64,000 bases of DNA, taken from NCBI GenBank assembly GCA_042408215.1, contig JAYFMW010000006.1:832001-896000 (forward strand), written 5' to 3'. The notes beneath the pieces were generated by a model. That model did not search any database, was not told where the DNA came from, and was given only the letters and a program-made list of their open reading frames with translations. The DNA comes from Microcoleus sp. Lineage in GTDB: Bacteria > Cyanobacteriota > Cyanobacteriia > Cyanobacteriales > Microcoleaceae. The position numbers and the translations under genes were made by a program. The number at the start of each line of letters is the position of its first letter. Within the stretch, counting starts at the first letter, position 1. Of the stretch, positions 30,115 through 40,147 are shown piece by piece.

Positions 30115-30361
30115 GAGTAAAGGCTCCGCGTGAGGTTAATTTTTTTTATTGTAGTCGGATGAGTGGTTTGTATTGGGCGTTGGGCGATCGATCTTCTTCG
30201 TGAGAGCTTACTCTTGTGAGACGTTTAAATTATGTTTTAATTGAAAGCTAAATTTAAGATTGTTTGTGAGGTCGATCGCAAAAACCGAGTTTCCCCAAAG
30301 TCCCCAATCTTTTTGATGAATATGGGACTTAAAAAAAACTGGTTTTTGTGTAAATTATCAA

Positions 30362-30718
30362 TTAATTGAAGTTGAGCGCAGTCTCTTTACAAACGTTAAC
30401 AGCATCCAACTCTGTGTATTTCCCGTCAGAGTATTCGGCCCTGACATCAAAAATACAGCCCGCATCCGAGCCACCGTAGTCAGCTTGATTCCACTCAAAG
30501 TCTTCTTTTTCCCGATCGGGAATGGGGCCGTCTAGCTCGTTTTGTCCCCAAGTATCCTTATCGGGAGGAGACATAAAAACGGCTGTCATCGTCTTACCGC
30601 TGTTGTTAACTACGGAAATTTTGATCGTCTGAGCGAAGACGCTAGCTGCTGTCAGCGCCACCAGGGGCAGCGACAGCCCCGCAGCGATCGCTACTTTGCT
30701 TAACAACTTGTTAACCAT
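30362..30718 (-). CDS. small secreted hypothetical protein
   Basis: signal peptide ending VFA-Q; WG..EL, CIFDVR and NVC cysteine pair. Confidence 0.75.
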   Translation of the reverse strand: MVNKLLSKVAIAAGLSLPLVALTAASVFAQTIKISVVNNSGKTMTAVFMSPPDKDTWGQNELDGPIPDREKEDFEWNQADYGGSDAGCIFDVRAEYSDGKYTELDAVNVCKETALNFN

Positions 30719-30835
30719 TGAGCCATCTACCTCAAGTTAGATATTTATTCAAGCTTAGCTTTAGAAGTGAGAAAGGGCAAGTTCAGATACAGCGTATTCC
30801 AGGTTGAGCAAGTAGGGACTTAGGCAATGCCCATA

Positions 30836-31046
30836 GGTGTCAACAACCAGGCTAAAACCCTTGAAAAATCTCGTTTTCACGCCGAGTCTAGATCCCCCTA
30901 AATCCCCCTTAAGAAGGGAGTAGGGTGTGAGTAGGGGTTGACTTTGATCTATTTCCGGTTCCCCCCTTCTTAAGGGGGGCTAGGGGGGATCGAGGCCTAA
31001 TCGTCAAAGAGTAGACAGGTATTACGTTTGACGTTAAGTTGACACC
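30836..31046. mobile_element. MITE with GGTGTCAAC...GTTGACACC termini and internal CCCCCTTAAGAAGGG palindromes
   Basis: terminal inverted repeat; same family as 36428-36835. Confidence 0.75.
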
Positions 31047-31136
31047 AATAAACTCTTAGAGTGTCCCTACAGGGATTAATCTGTATATTGCTATTGCTTA
31101 TGATATTTTGATACAGTTATATGTTTGTACATAGCT

Positions 31137-32228
31137 ATGCTTACCGCCGGAATTGTCGGATTGCCTAATGTTGGCAAATCTACCTTGTTTAATGCTTTGG
31201 TTGCTAATGCCAAGGCGACTGCTGCTAATTTTCCTTTCTGTACGATCGAACCAAATACGGGTATCGTAGCAGTCCCTGACGATCGCTTGAAGGTGCTCAG
31301 CAAGATTTGCAATTCCGCGCAAACAGTGCCGACGCGGATGGAGTTTGTGGATATTGCGGGTTTGGTAAAGGGTGCGAGTCAGGGAGAAGGATTGGGAAAT
31401 CAGTTTTTGTCTCATATTCGGGCCGTAGATGCGATCGCCCACGTTGTCCGCTGTTTTGACAATGATGATATCATTCACGTTGCGGGTTCTGTCGATCCAG
31501 TCCGAGATATTGACATCATCAATCTCGAATTAATTTTAGCAGATTTAGCTCAAATTGAACGCAGGCTCGATCGCACTCGCAAGCAAGCCCGCAACAATAA
31601 GGAAGCTCAGGCAGAAGTAGACGTGCTCGAAAAATTGGTCGCGGTTTTGAATGCGGGTAAACCAGCGCGACAGTACAGTTTTACTGATGAGGAAGCTGAG
31701 TTAGTTAAAGGTTTGGAATTACTAACAAACAAACCAATTATCTATGCTGCCAACGTGTCTGAGGACGATTTGGCAACAGGAAATAGCTATGTCGAACAAG
31801 TGCGAGAAATAGCAGAAGCAGAAAATGCTAAGGTTGTCATAGTTTCGGCGCAAGTTGAGTCAGAATTGGTGGACTTATCAGAGGAAGAACGGGCGGATTT
31901 CCTAGAATCTCTGGGGGTGAAAGAAGGTGGCTTAAAATCTCTGATTCGAGCTACTTACGAATTATTGGGTTTGCGGACTTATTTTACTAGCGGGCCAAAA
32001 GAAACTCGCGCTTGGACGATTATCGCGGGGATGTTAGCACCGCAAGCTGCGGGGGTGATTCACTCTGATTTTGAGCGGGGTTTCATCCGGGCAGAAACTG
32101 TGGGTTATGAAGATTTAGTTGCTACGGGCGCGATGAATGCGGCTAAGGAAAAAGGCCTGGTTCGCAGTGAAGGTAAAGAGTATGTTGTACAGGAGGGGGA
32201 TGTGCTGTTGTTCCGATTTAATGTTTAG
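31137..32228 (+). CDS. ychF: redox-regulated ATPase YchF
   Basis: GIVGLPNVGKST, ANFPFCTIEPN, DIAGLVKGAS.GEGLGNQFL, TGS domain ending FRFNV. Confidence 0.97.
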   Translation: MLTAGIVGLPNVGKSTLFNALVANAKATAANFPFCTIEPNTGIVAVPDDRLKVLSKICNSAQTVPTRMEFVDIAGLVKGASQGEGLGNQFLSHIRAVDAIAHVVRCFDNDDIIHVAGSVDPVRDIDIINLELILADLAQIERRLDRTRKQARNNKEAQAEVDVLEKLVAVLNAGKPARQYSFTDEEAELVKGLELLTNKPIIYAANVSEDDLATGNSYVEQVREIAEAENAKVVIVSAQVESELVDLSEEERADFLESLGVKEGGLKSLIRATYELLGLRTYFTSGPKETRAWTIIAGMLAPQAAGVIHSDFERGFIRAETVGYEDLVATGAMNAAKEKGLVRSEGKEYVVQEGDVLLFRFNV

Positions 32229-32249
32229 CTTTTTTAAGGAGATTGGCAC

Positions 32250-32615
32250 ATGGATATCACTTCGCTGGCCATTGCTTGGCTAGTTACTTCGGTGAGCTTT
32301 TTTATCATTTCCAAGTTGCCGCTGGGGGTGGAAATTGACAGTTTTGAAAAAGCGATGATTTCGGCTGCGGTTTTTGGATTGGTGAATGCTTTGGTTCGGC
32401 CGCTTTTTGTTGGACATTTTGGACCATTTGCGTTGCCAACTTTTAGCTTGTTTGCGATTGTTATCAATGCTGCTATCTTTGGATTAGCGGCTTGGCTAGT
32501 GCATGGATTTCGCTTGCGGTGGGGAATTTGGAGTGCTTTACTGGGGGCGATCGCCCTCGGTTTTGTTAACTCTTTGCTCTATCAGGTGTTGGGGACACTC
32601 CCTAGGGTAAGGTAG
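32250..32615 (+). CDS. 4-TM phage-holin-family (YvlD/DUF360-like) membrane protein
   Basis: four hydrophobic helices, GLVNALVRP, VINA. Confidence 0.8.
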   Translation: MDITSLAIAWLVTSVSFFIISKLPLGVEIDSFEKAMISAAVFGLVNALVRPLFVGHFGPFALPTFSLFAIVINAAIFGLAAWLVHGFRLRWGIWSALLGAIALGFVNSLLYQVLGTLPRVR

Positions 32616-32622
32616 GTAAAAG

Positions 32623-32774
32623 TTACAGTATTCACTTGTAGGGTGCGTCCCTGGGATATTTTCAAGTTTCAGAAGTAGATGGATGGCGACGCACCTTACA
32701 GTATTCACTTGTAGGGTGCGTCCCTGGGATATTTTCAAGTTTCAGAAGTAGATGGATGGCGACGCACCTTACAG
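32623..32774. repeat. 73-bp tandem duplication of a GTAGGGTGCGTC...GACGCACCTTAC REP unit
   Basis: two identical units; same REP family at 63368-63516. Confidence 0.85.
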
Positions 32775-32800
32775 CATTGATATCAATGTCGTGCTAACGG

Positions 32801-33253
32801 TTAACTATCAGGCTCAAAACCCTCTCTGTTCCTCCTATTTTCAACTGGCCAATCTGCATTTTCACCGCCAATGATTAGCTCTTCCACCGTCACAAATTCT
32901 TTGCTGAGTTGCTGGAAAACATTAATCAAAACATCGAGTCCGATCGCATCGCTAGTGCCCAAATCAAACCAGCATCGAGCCCAAACTCCCTCATACTCAA
33001 TCTCTCCCATATTGTGCATCAAAGCCATCATGCTTTGGTCAGCTAGATGAACATCGTAATCCATGTCACTGATATCTAAGCCCTCATCTTGCACTTGCAG
33101 GTTTTCGGCATTAAATCCTCCTAGTTTTCCCAAGAAAAACCAAGAGTCAAACACCTCTTCAATATACTGTTTTTCACCATTGGAAGGCACATTGATGAAC
33201 TTCAGCCAAATCCATAGGTCAAATGGATTAAATTCGCGAAACTGTACTTGCAT
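32801..33253 (-). CDS. DUF3531 family protein
   Basis: FREFNPFDLWIW, SWFFLGKLGGFNAENLQV, WARCWFDLGTSD. Confidence 0.85.
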   Translation of the reverse strand: MQVQFREFNPFDLWIWLKFINVPSNGEKQYIEEVFDSWFFLGKLGGFNAENLQVQDEGLDISDMDYDVHLADQSMMALMHNMGEIEYEGVWARCWFDLGTSDAIGLDVLINVFQQLSKEFVTVEELIIGGENADWPVENRRNREGFEPDS

Positions 33254-33441
33254 CAAGTTTTATCTTTTGTTATTTGACAACCGCCAAGACGGTTAGGACA
33301 TTCTCAATCGCTCAAATGCAGTAACTGCATTTCCACATCAATCTTCTTGCTTCTTCCTGATTTGTACCCTGAGCGAAGTCGAAGGGTCAAAGGGTCGGAG
33401 GGTCGGAGGGTCGGAGGGTCGAAGGGCTTTCTTCCTTTTGT

Positions 33442-34464
33442 TTATAGTGGTGGTAAGGCCGCCGGTCCCCAGATACCATCTGCATCTCGAATTTTATCGC
33501 GCATCGGGTCGCAGTCGCGAGATTTGCTGTCGAGACGGTTGCGGGTTCTGCACTGCTGGAAGAAAATTTCTGCCACTAAGGTTCTGGGTAACTGCTCTGG
33601 TTTTGCTAAGGCTGCATCGAAGTTTTTTCTAGCTTCTTCTAGTAAAGTTTTATTATATTCTTTACCGTCTTTCCCCTTAGCCTGATCGAATAAAATTTGT
33701 GCTTTTAGATAAAGAATTTCTGGATTTTGGGGTGTTTCTGCAAGTGCTTTGTTGGCAAATTCTAGGGCTGGATCGTATTTCTTTAGGTCTCGATAGCCTA
33801 CGGCCATTCCCCGATAGGCTAAGTAGCGGGGAGAGGCTTTTTGTTCTAGTCTTTGAATTGCTTCGCTGGCGTTGGAAAAGGGCAGGTTTGTGGCTAGAAT
33901 TAAATCCATGTAGCCTTTGATTAAGTTGAGTTCTGGGTCGTTGGGAGCTATTTTTTCGGCGGCATCTAGATATTGAAATACGACTCGCAGTTTGTTGAGT
34001 GCTTGGGGTGCGCCTTGGGCTGTTCCTGATTTGGCTATGACATTAGCTCCTTCTAGAAAGTGACCTGCTGCTGTATAAATGTTGCCGCGCAGAGGATTGG
34101 TTTTGCTCAATTGTTCGCCGACTTCGCGGGTTTTTTGCGCGTAGGAATTCATCGAGTTTAAGTCTTGCTCGATGTAGGATAGGGAGGCTGCCATTGCATA
34201 GGCGAGTGGCTCGTTTGGTTCGGAGGATAGTGCTTGTTGAACTTGAGTTTTTGCTGTTTTGTAGTTTCCTTGCTGAAACATTGTTTTGAAGGCGGTTTCG
34301 GTTTTGGGCCCGATCGCCTGTGGGTTACTTCCGCGAAAGGGATCGCCCGCTAATGCTGAGTTGATGCAGATGCTCAGGGCGATCGCCAGTGGGGCGATCG
34401 CCCCCACAGTCTGTTTATTTCTGCTAATTTGCTTGCCAAGGGACGCTAAAATGGTTTGGATCAT
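33442..34464 (-). CDS. Sll0314/Alr1548-like TPR protein, exported
   Basis: signal peptide then GDPFR, PLRGNIY.A.GHFLEG, DPELNLIKGYMD, TPR helices. Confidence 0.8.
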   Translation of the reverse strand: MIQTILASLGKQISRNKQTVGAIAPLAIALSICINSALAGDPFRGSNPQAIGPKTETAFKTMFQQGNYKTAKTQVQQALSSEPNEPLAYAMAASLSYIEQDLNSMNSYAQKTREVGEQLSKTNPLRGNIYTAAGHFLEGANVIAKSGTAQGAPQALNKLRVVFQYLDAAEKIAPNDPELNLIKGYMDLILATNLPFSNASEAIQRLEQKASPRYLAYRGMAVGYRDLKKYDPALEFANKALAETPQNPEILYLKAQILFDQAKGKDGKEYNKTLLEEARKNFDAALAKPEQLPRTLVAEIFFQQCRTRNRLDSKSRDCDPMRDKIRDADGIWGPAALPPL

Positions 34465-34875
34465 AGTCAATTCTCTGAAGGCAATAAATTGTGAACTGGG
34501 AATCTGAAAGTTGAAAGTTCAGACTTTCCGGCCCCGACTAAAAAGCGATCGGATGCTCTTGATTTTTTCTGGCTATTGCTCTATAATCTAATAATGGGAG
34601 TATGAGCATTTATCAAAATTTTGCACATATTTCCATTGTTAAACTATACCATCAATCGAGCTAAAAATCAAGGGGGAAAGCTCGAAAAAAAGGCCGATTT
34701 TTGTAAAGATTTATGTAAAAATTATGTAAAATCATTATGGGCGATCGGCAAAAGCCAGAAAAAGCCAGTCTTGAACAGGCAAGATGCCTGTTCCACAATA
34801 ATTATGACTAATGACTAATGACTAATGACTAATGACTAATGACTAATGACTAATGACCAATAACAACTACCGTTA

Positions 34876-35547
34876 ATGCTTAATCTAAAAAACCTAGTCT
34901 ATCATCCTACAGCCTGTCCGAATGCGATTCTCAAAAATATTAACTTAGAACTGCCATCGCAGCAAATGGGGCTGATTGTCGGCCGCAGCGGCTCAGGCAA
35001 AAGTACGCTATTAGAAATATTAGCAGGTTTAGCAGAAAAAACTAGCGGGGACATCCGCTGGCGCGAACAAGAATTAACTCCTGAACACTTGCAACAGTTA
35101 GGAGGTTTAGTATTTCAGTTTCCAGAAAGGCATTTTTGCGGAGGCACAATTTTAGAAGAATTGCGATTAGGGCACCCGGAATTAGGACAAGAACAAATCA
35201 ACAAAGCAATGGGTGAAGTGGGACTAGGACATTTGCCGCTGCGGGCTTCCCCCCACGCTTTGAGCGGAGGCCAACAGCGACGGGTGGCGCTGGCGGTGCA
35301 GCTAATTCGCCAGCCGCATTTGCTGCTGTTGGACGAACCGACGGCGGGTTTGGATTGGTCGATGCGGCGACAGTTGGTAAGCTTGTTGAGTAAGTTAAAA
35401 AATCACTGGACTTTGTTGATTGTCACTCACGATGCTAGCGATTTATTGAGCGTTGCAGATCGATTTTGGACTTTAGACCACGGGGATTTGCAGGAAGTCG
35501 ATCGGGCAAAATTAGAAGCTAAGGAAACGAGCTTTGTTAGTCATTAG
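34876..35547 (+). CDS. ABC/ECF transporter ATP-binding protein
   Basis: GRSGSGKST, VFQFPE, LSGGQQRR, LLLDEPTAGLD, VTHD. Confidence 0.92.
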   Translation: MLNLKNLVYHPTACPNAILKNINLELPSQQMGLIVGRSGSGKSTLLEILAGLAEKTSGDIRWREQELTPEHLQQLGGLVFQFPERHFCGGTILEELRLGHPELGQEQINKAMGEVGLGHLPLRASPHALSGGQQRRVALAVQLIRQPHLLLLDEPTAGLDWSMRRQLVSLLSKLKNHWTLLIVTHDASDLLSVADRFWTLDHGDLQEVDRAKLEAKETSFVSH

Positions 35548-35644
35548 TCATTAGTTAGTAGTCATTGGTCATTAGTTAGTAGTCATTGGTCATTGGTCAT
35601 TGGTTATTAGTTGAGAGTAGGTCAAGAAAAAGTAGGAAGAGAAA

Positions 35645-36388
35645 ATGAATGAGATTACAAGGCCTGTGCTACCGGAGATGAATGAGTTGTGGCTGGAATC
35701 CCTTAATTGGCTGCCGGATGAATCACAACAGCAACAATTTCAGCGACTGTATGAATTAATTGTTGAGGGAAATCGCTATTTGAATTTAACTCGAATTACT
35801 GAGCCGATAGAGTTTTGGGAAAAACATTTGTGGGATTCTCTGCGGGGAATTGCGAGGCTGCTGCCAGCTAATGACAATTTAGGGGAAAATCGCGAATTTC
35901 CCGCACAGTCGGTGCTCAAAGCGATCGATATCGGGACTGGTGCGGGTTTTCCGGGTTTGCCTGTGGCGATCGCCCTGCCGCATTTATCAGTTACTTTGCT
36001 AGATTCTACCCGCAAGAAAATTGATTTCTTGGACAAAGTTTTGCCATCATTAACTATCAAAAATGCGGCAACTTTGCTGGGGAGATCCGATGAAATTTGG
36101 CGACAACCCCATCACAAAGCAGCTTACGATCTGGCGTTGCTCAGAGCAGTTGGATCAGCCTCTGTTTGTGCTAAATATGCCCTACCTTTCCTGAAAAATG
36201 GCGGTTTAGCTGTACTTTATCGAGGTAATTGGACGGCGGAGGAAGAGGCCCAGTTACAAAGTGCGATCGGGCCTTTGGGCGGCAAAGTTGAGTCAGTCGA
36301 AGCATTCACAACACCCGTGAGTCAGGGCACGCGGCACTGCGTTTACTTGCGAAAAGTTGTACAGCAATTAGAACGTCCTGCTCTTTAG
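35645..36388 (+). CDS. rsmG: 16S rRNA (guanine527-N7) methyltransferase
   Basis: LNLTRIT, KHLWDSL, DIGTGAGFPG, LDSTRKK, RAV. Confidence 0.95.
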   Translation: MNEITRPVLPEMNELWLESLNWLPDESQQQQFQRLYELIVEGNRYLNLTRITEPIEFWEKHLWDSLRGIARLLPANDNLGENREFPAQSVLKAIDIGTGAGFPGLPVAIALPHLSVTLLDSTRKKIDFLDKVLPSLTIKNAATLLGRSDEIWRQPHHKAAYDLALLRAVGSASVCAKYALPFLKNGGLAVLYRGNWTAEEEAQLQSAIGPLGGKVESVEAFTTPVSQGTRHCVYLRKVVQQLERPAL

Positions 36389-36427
36389 TAGGGACACGGC
36401 ACTCCCTCCGCTTGCGCTCCGCCCATT

Positions 36428-36835
36428 GGTGTCAACTTAACGTCAAACAGACAGTCTTTCTTGTTTGTATCGAACTGGGAGATCCCCCCTAACCCCCCTT
36501 AATAAGGGGAGTAGGGGGTGGGACAAGAAATATTCTCAAAGTCCCCCTTCTTAAGGGGGATTTAGGCAGGGCTGTTTCATTCTCTTGTAGGGGCCGCCGC
36601 CCGTGGCGGCCCCAATCCCTGAAACACCTAGCAAATCGTGGATGGGGAGGGTACGGAGGCGCTACCCCTACAAAACCCTCGTTTTCCTGAGAATGAAACA
36701 GCCCTGCCTTAATAAGGGGAGTAGGGGGTGGGACAAGAAATATTCTCAAAGTCCCCCTTCTTAAGGGGGATTTAGGGGGATCTAGACTTAGGTAAAAGCG
36801 ATATTTATCAGGAGTTTCAGGCTTAAGTTGACACC
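36428..36835. mobile_element. GGTGTCAACTTAA MITE containing a nested second MITE
   Basis: TIR GCCCATTGGTGTCAACTTAA / TTAAGTTGACACCAATGGGC. Confidence 0.8.
36567..36706. mobile_element. 140-bp MITE with CAGGGCTGTTTCATTCTC terminal inverted repeats (ISAs1-like CAGGG ends)
   Basis: perfect 18-bp TIR; flanked by a 70-bp direct repeat (36497-36566, 36707-36776). Confidence 0.75.
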
Positions 36836-36878
36836 AATGGGCACTGCCATGTCCTGTATTTCATCTAATTAAAAACCG

Positions 36879-37631
36879 CTAAATCGCCTTTTCGTAACGC
36901 TTGTTAACTTCAGTCCAATTAACAACATTCCACCAAGCTTTTAGATAGTCAGCGCGCAAGTTTTGGTATTTCAGATAATAAGCGTGTTCCCAGACATCAT
37001 TACCCATAATTGGATAATTCCCATCCATTAAAGGAGAGTCTTGATTGGGAGTAGTTGCAATCTGAAGTTTGCCTGCTTTTGTGCGGACTAACCACACCCA
37101 ACCGCTGCCAAAACGCTTTGTACCTGCGTCATTGAATTTTGCTTTAAAAGCATCAGCACTACCGAAACTTTGTTTAATTGCTGTTGCTAAACCACCTGTG
37201 GGTTCACCACCACCTTTGGGACTCATGATTGCCCAAAACATACTATGATTTACGTGTCCGCCACCATTATTGCGAACTGCTGTGCGAATATCTTCCGGGA
37301 CTTTGCTCAAATCCCGCAGCATATCTTCTGCACTCATATTTTTTAGTTGCGGGTATTTGCTAACAGCATCGTTGAGGTTTTTAACGTAGGCGGCGTGGTG
37401 TTTGTCGTGGTGAAATTGCATTGTCCGCGCATCGATGTGCGGTTCTAAGGCCTTGTATTCATAAGGCAGAGGTGGGAGTGTAAAAGGCCCTGGAGTTTGG
37501 GCGATATTGGTTGCTTTTGCAATTTGACTTGCTTGGGATACATTATTTGCTGACGCTCGATCAGCACCTGCGGTAAGAGCTCCGACGCTAGCAGTCAGTA
37601 AATACAAGAAATCTCGACGTTTAAGAGTCAT
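36879..37631 (-). CDS. sodA: Mn superoxide dismutase with twin-arginine signal peptide
   Basis: [33 protein letters not shown]-terminal KRRDFL. Confidence 0.92.
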   Translation of the reverse strand: MTLKRRDFLYLLTASVGALTAGADRASANNVSQASQIAKATNIAQTPGPFTLPPLPYEYKALEPHIDARTMQFHHDKHHAAYVKNLNDAVSKYPQLKNMSAEDMLRDLSKVPEDIRTAVRNNGGGHVNHSMFWAIMSPKGGGEPTGGLATAIKQSFGSADAFKAKFNDAGTKRFGSGWVWLVRTKAGKLQIATTPNQDSPLMDGNYPIMGNDVWEHAYYLKYQNLRADYLKAWWNVVNWTEVNKRYEKAI

Positions 37632-37848
37632 AAAATGTAACTAGGTGAATTATTAACTGTTTGATCTCAGATTCAAGCAAAATGGGAACGAGTTTAGATC
37701 GAAAAGTGCAATCGCCCAAATGGATGAGACGGATGGGTGATGTTTGTTAGAACACCTCAAGTATACGCTAATGGGGTGCGTGTAAATAAGCCTCACATAC
37801 TCCGGCTAACAAATCCGGTTTCTGTCTCGAAACCGGGTTTTTTTGATA

Positions 37849-39033
37849 TTATTCTTTGGATAAGCGTTGAACAGCTTCACCTCCAAAAAGTCGATCGGCT
37901 CTTTTAAGAATACCTGGAATTATAGCAGCATTGGGGCTGTGGGCGAGACAGCGGCGCAAGTCTAATTCATCGGTGCGATCGGCTTTTTTGCCAGGGAACC
38001 AGTGGCCGCCGTTGCCAAGCAGATTGTAGCGCATTTTGCAATAGTCGATCGTATCGTAAGCCTGCGCTAAATTCCATAGCCATAAAATCACATAAATATT
38101 AATATTTCCAGGAGTGTTTTCTATAGTTGGTAAACCAATATGCCAAGTCTTAAACCAATCTTCTCCTAATTGATTAATTGCTGCTGTTTCCAACCTTGCT
38201 AATATCGGCGGCAAAAGTTCATCGGCTCTATCTAACAATTCTACAGCTTTCAGATGTTCGTTGAAATCTTGAGGTTTTGCTGCACCCAAACTCAAAGTGT
38301 GTACTTGCGGATGGGACAAACAAAACAAATCGTTAAACACCATCGGACTCAGAGGATAGCACAAGTCTATCAATTTTTGGGGCGGATTATAAAGTTTACC
38401 GCCTTTGTCGGAAGGACTGATAATAAAAACGCCCATGTCGTGAAGTTTAGCAGCTTCAATTGCCGGCCAATTAATTTGATTGATGTAGTACCAGTGCAGG
38501 TTAACATAATCGAATTGATTGGTTTCAATTGTTTTGACAATCACATCTGTCTGGCCGTGAGTTGAAAAACCGATAAACCGAACTTTGCCCTCTGCTTGCA
38601 ATTCTTTGGCAACATCCATGCAGCCGCCCGGACGTATAGAATCCTCTAGCAATTCCCATGTATTAATGCCATGTAGGGACAGCAAATCGACGTATTCTAG
38701 TTGCAAATAAGCTAAGGATTTATCAAATTCTTCGCGAAATTCCTGGGGGTTATGTTGAATAGTAACTTTAGTTTGAACTATCAATTTTTCACGGGTAAAT
38801 GTCGGCAATATTAACCCCAATTGCATCTCAGAAGTGCCGTAACCGCGAGCAGTTTCTATGTGATTGATGCCGCATTCTACAGAGTAGCGAATAGTTGCTT
38901 CTAGATTTTGTTGATTGTCAGGTGGAATTTCATTGGCTGGTACGTCTTGCCATTTGTATTGATATCTCATGCCGCCGCAGGAAAAGACAGGCATGGATAA
39001 TTCTGTACGACCAAATCTGCGATATTGCATCAT
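37849..39033 (-). CDS. aldo/keto reductase family oxidoreductase
   Basis: MQYRRFGRT, NHIETARGYG.SE, GKVRFIGFSTH. Confidence 0.88.
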   Translation of the reverse strand: MMQYRRFGRTELSMPVFSCGGMRYQYKWQDVPANEIPPDNQQNLEATIRYSVECGINHIETARGYGTSEMQLGLILPTFTREKLIVQTKVTIQHNPQEFREEFDKSLAYLQLEYVDLLSLHGINTWELLEDSIRPGGCMDVAKELQAEGKVRFIGFSTHGQTDVIVKTIETNQFDYVNLHWYYINQINWPAIEAAKLHDMGVFIISPSDKGGKLYNPPQKLIDLCYPLSPMVFNDLFCLSHPQVHTLSLGAAKPQDFNEHLKAVELLDRADELLPPILARLETAAINQLGEDWFKTWHIGLPTIENTPGNINIYVILWLWNLAQAYDTIDYCKMRYNLLGNGGHWFPGKKADRTDELDLRRCLAHSPNAAIIPGILKRADRLFGGEAVQRLSKE

Positions 39034-39195
39034 GGTTAAAGTTATAGAATAAGGAAGAAGACCCTTCGAATTCGCTAGAACAGGCAAGATGCCTGTTCCA
39101 CAAAGAGTTTTTGACTACTTGTGTGCACCATTTTCAAGAACAGGCAAGATGCCTGTTCCACAAAGAGTTTCTGACCAACCGTGGGCAAGTTTTGA

Positions 39196-39912
39196 CTATT
39201 TAGAAATCTCGCGCACTACAGGTTTTCCATCCTTGATTTCGCCAACCAAAACTAAATCTGTGCAGTTGACAAACAAGCCATTTTCTAACACGCCGGGAAT
39301 GTTATTCAAAGTTTTTTCTAATTCCCCAGGGTTGTCTAGGTTATCAAATTGAACATCAATTACCATGTTACCTTGGTCGGTAATTACTGGGCCTGCTTTT
39401 CTGATTCCCATGCGGAGTTCTGGTTGGCCTCCCAATTTTTCAATGGCGCGGGTGACAGGTGCGATCGCCATCGGTATCACTTCGATTGGTACTCGAAAAG
39501 TAGAACCCAATTTATCTACCATTTTGGAACTGTCAACTACCACAATAAACTGAGTTGCGAGATAATCGACAACTTTTTCGCGAGTGTGGGCTGCGCCACC
39601 ACCTTTAATTAAGTTTAGGTGCGGATCGACTTCATCAGCGCCGTCAATAGCCACATCTATTCTGTCAATTTCATCGAGTGTTGTCAGCGGTACTCCGTAT
39701 TGTTTGGCTAACACTTCGGATTGAAAAGATGTGGGTACTCCTTTGATATCTTTGAGTTGACCTGATTTTATGCGATCGCCCAGGGCCTGAATAGTATAAG
39801 CTGTAGTTGACCCCGTACCGAGTCCGACAATCATACCCGACTGTACGCGATCGGCGGCAGCAAAGCCGACTTGCTGTTTCATCAATTTTACGGGGTCTTG
39901 TTCTGTGGTCAT
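39196..39912 (-). CDS. rpiA: ribose-5-phosphate isomerase A
   Basis: [35 protein letters not shown]. Confidence 0.97.
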   Translation of the reverse strand: MTTEQDPVKLMKQQVGFAAADRVQSGMIVGLGTGSTTAYTIQALGDRIKSGQLKDIKGVPTSFQSEVLAKQYGVPLTTLDEIDRIDVAIDGADEVDPHLNLIKGGGAAHTREKVVDYLATQFIVVVDSSKMVDKLGSTFRVPIEVIPMAIAPVTRAIEKLGGQPELRMGIRKAGPVITDQGNMVIDVQFDNLDNPGELEKTLNNIPGVLENGLFVNCTDLVLVGEIKDGKPVVREISK

Positions 39913-39962
39913 GTTAGATACTCCTCAATAATTTTAAGATTATAGCATTTATGGATTTAATG

Positions 39963-40103
39963 AACCACAGAGAGCGCAGAGAACACAGAGAGGAAGAGGA
40001 AGAGAGGAAACTCGCAAATTATTTCAAGTTGGTCTACAATAAGTTTTTCATTGCTTGGGAACTTCTCTCTTTCTTCTCTGTGCCCTCTGCGCCCTCTGTG
40101 GTT
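39963..40103. mobile_element. AACCACAGAG...CTCTGTGGTT inverted-repeat MITE
   Basis: about 35-bp imperfect inverted arms; single arms at about 9128, 43475-43518 and 51610-51644. Confidence 0.7.
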
Positions 40104-40147
40104 AAATAAAAAAAATCTAGTTCACAAATCCGCGAATAATTGCCATA

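Noticed and set aside
32250..32615. Prophage, suggested by the holin-family gene
   Set aside because: This 4-TM family is common in chromosomes and no phage genes are nearby.
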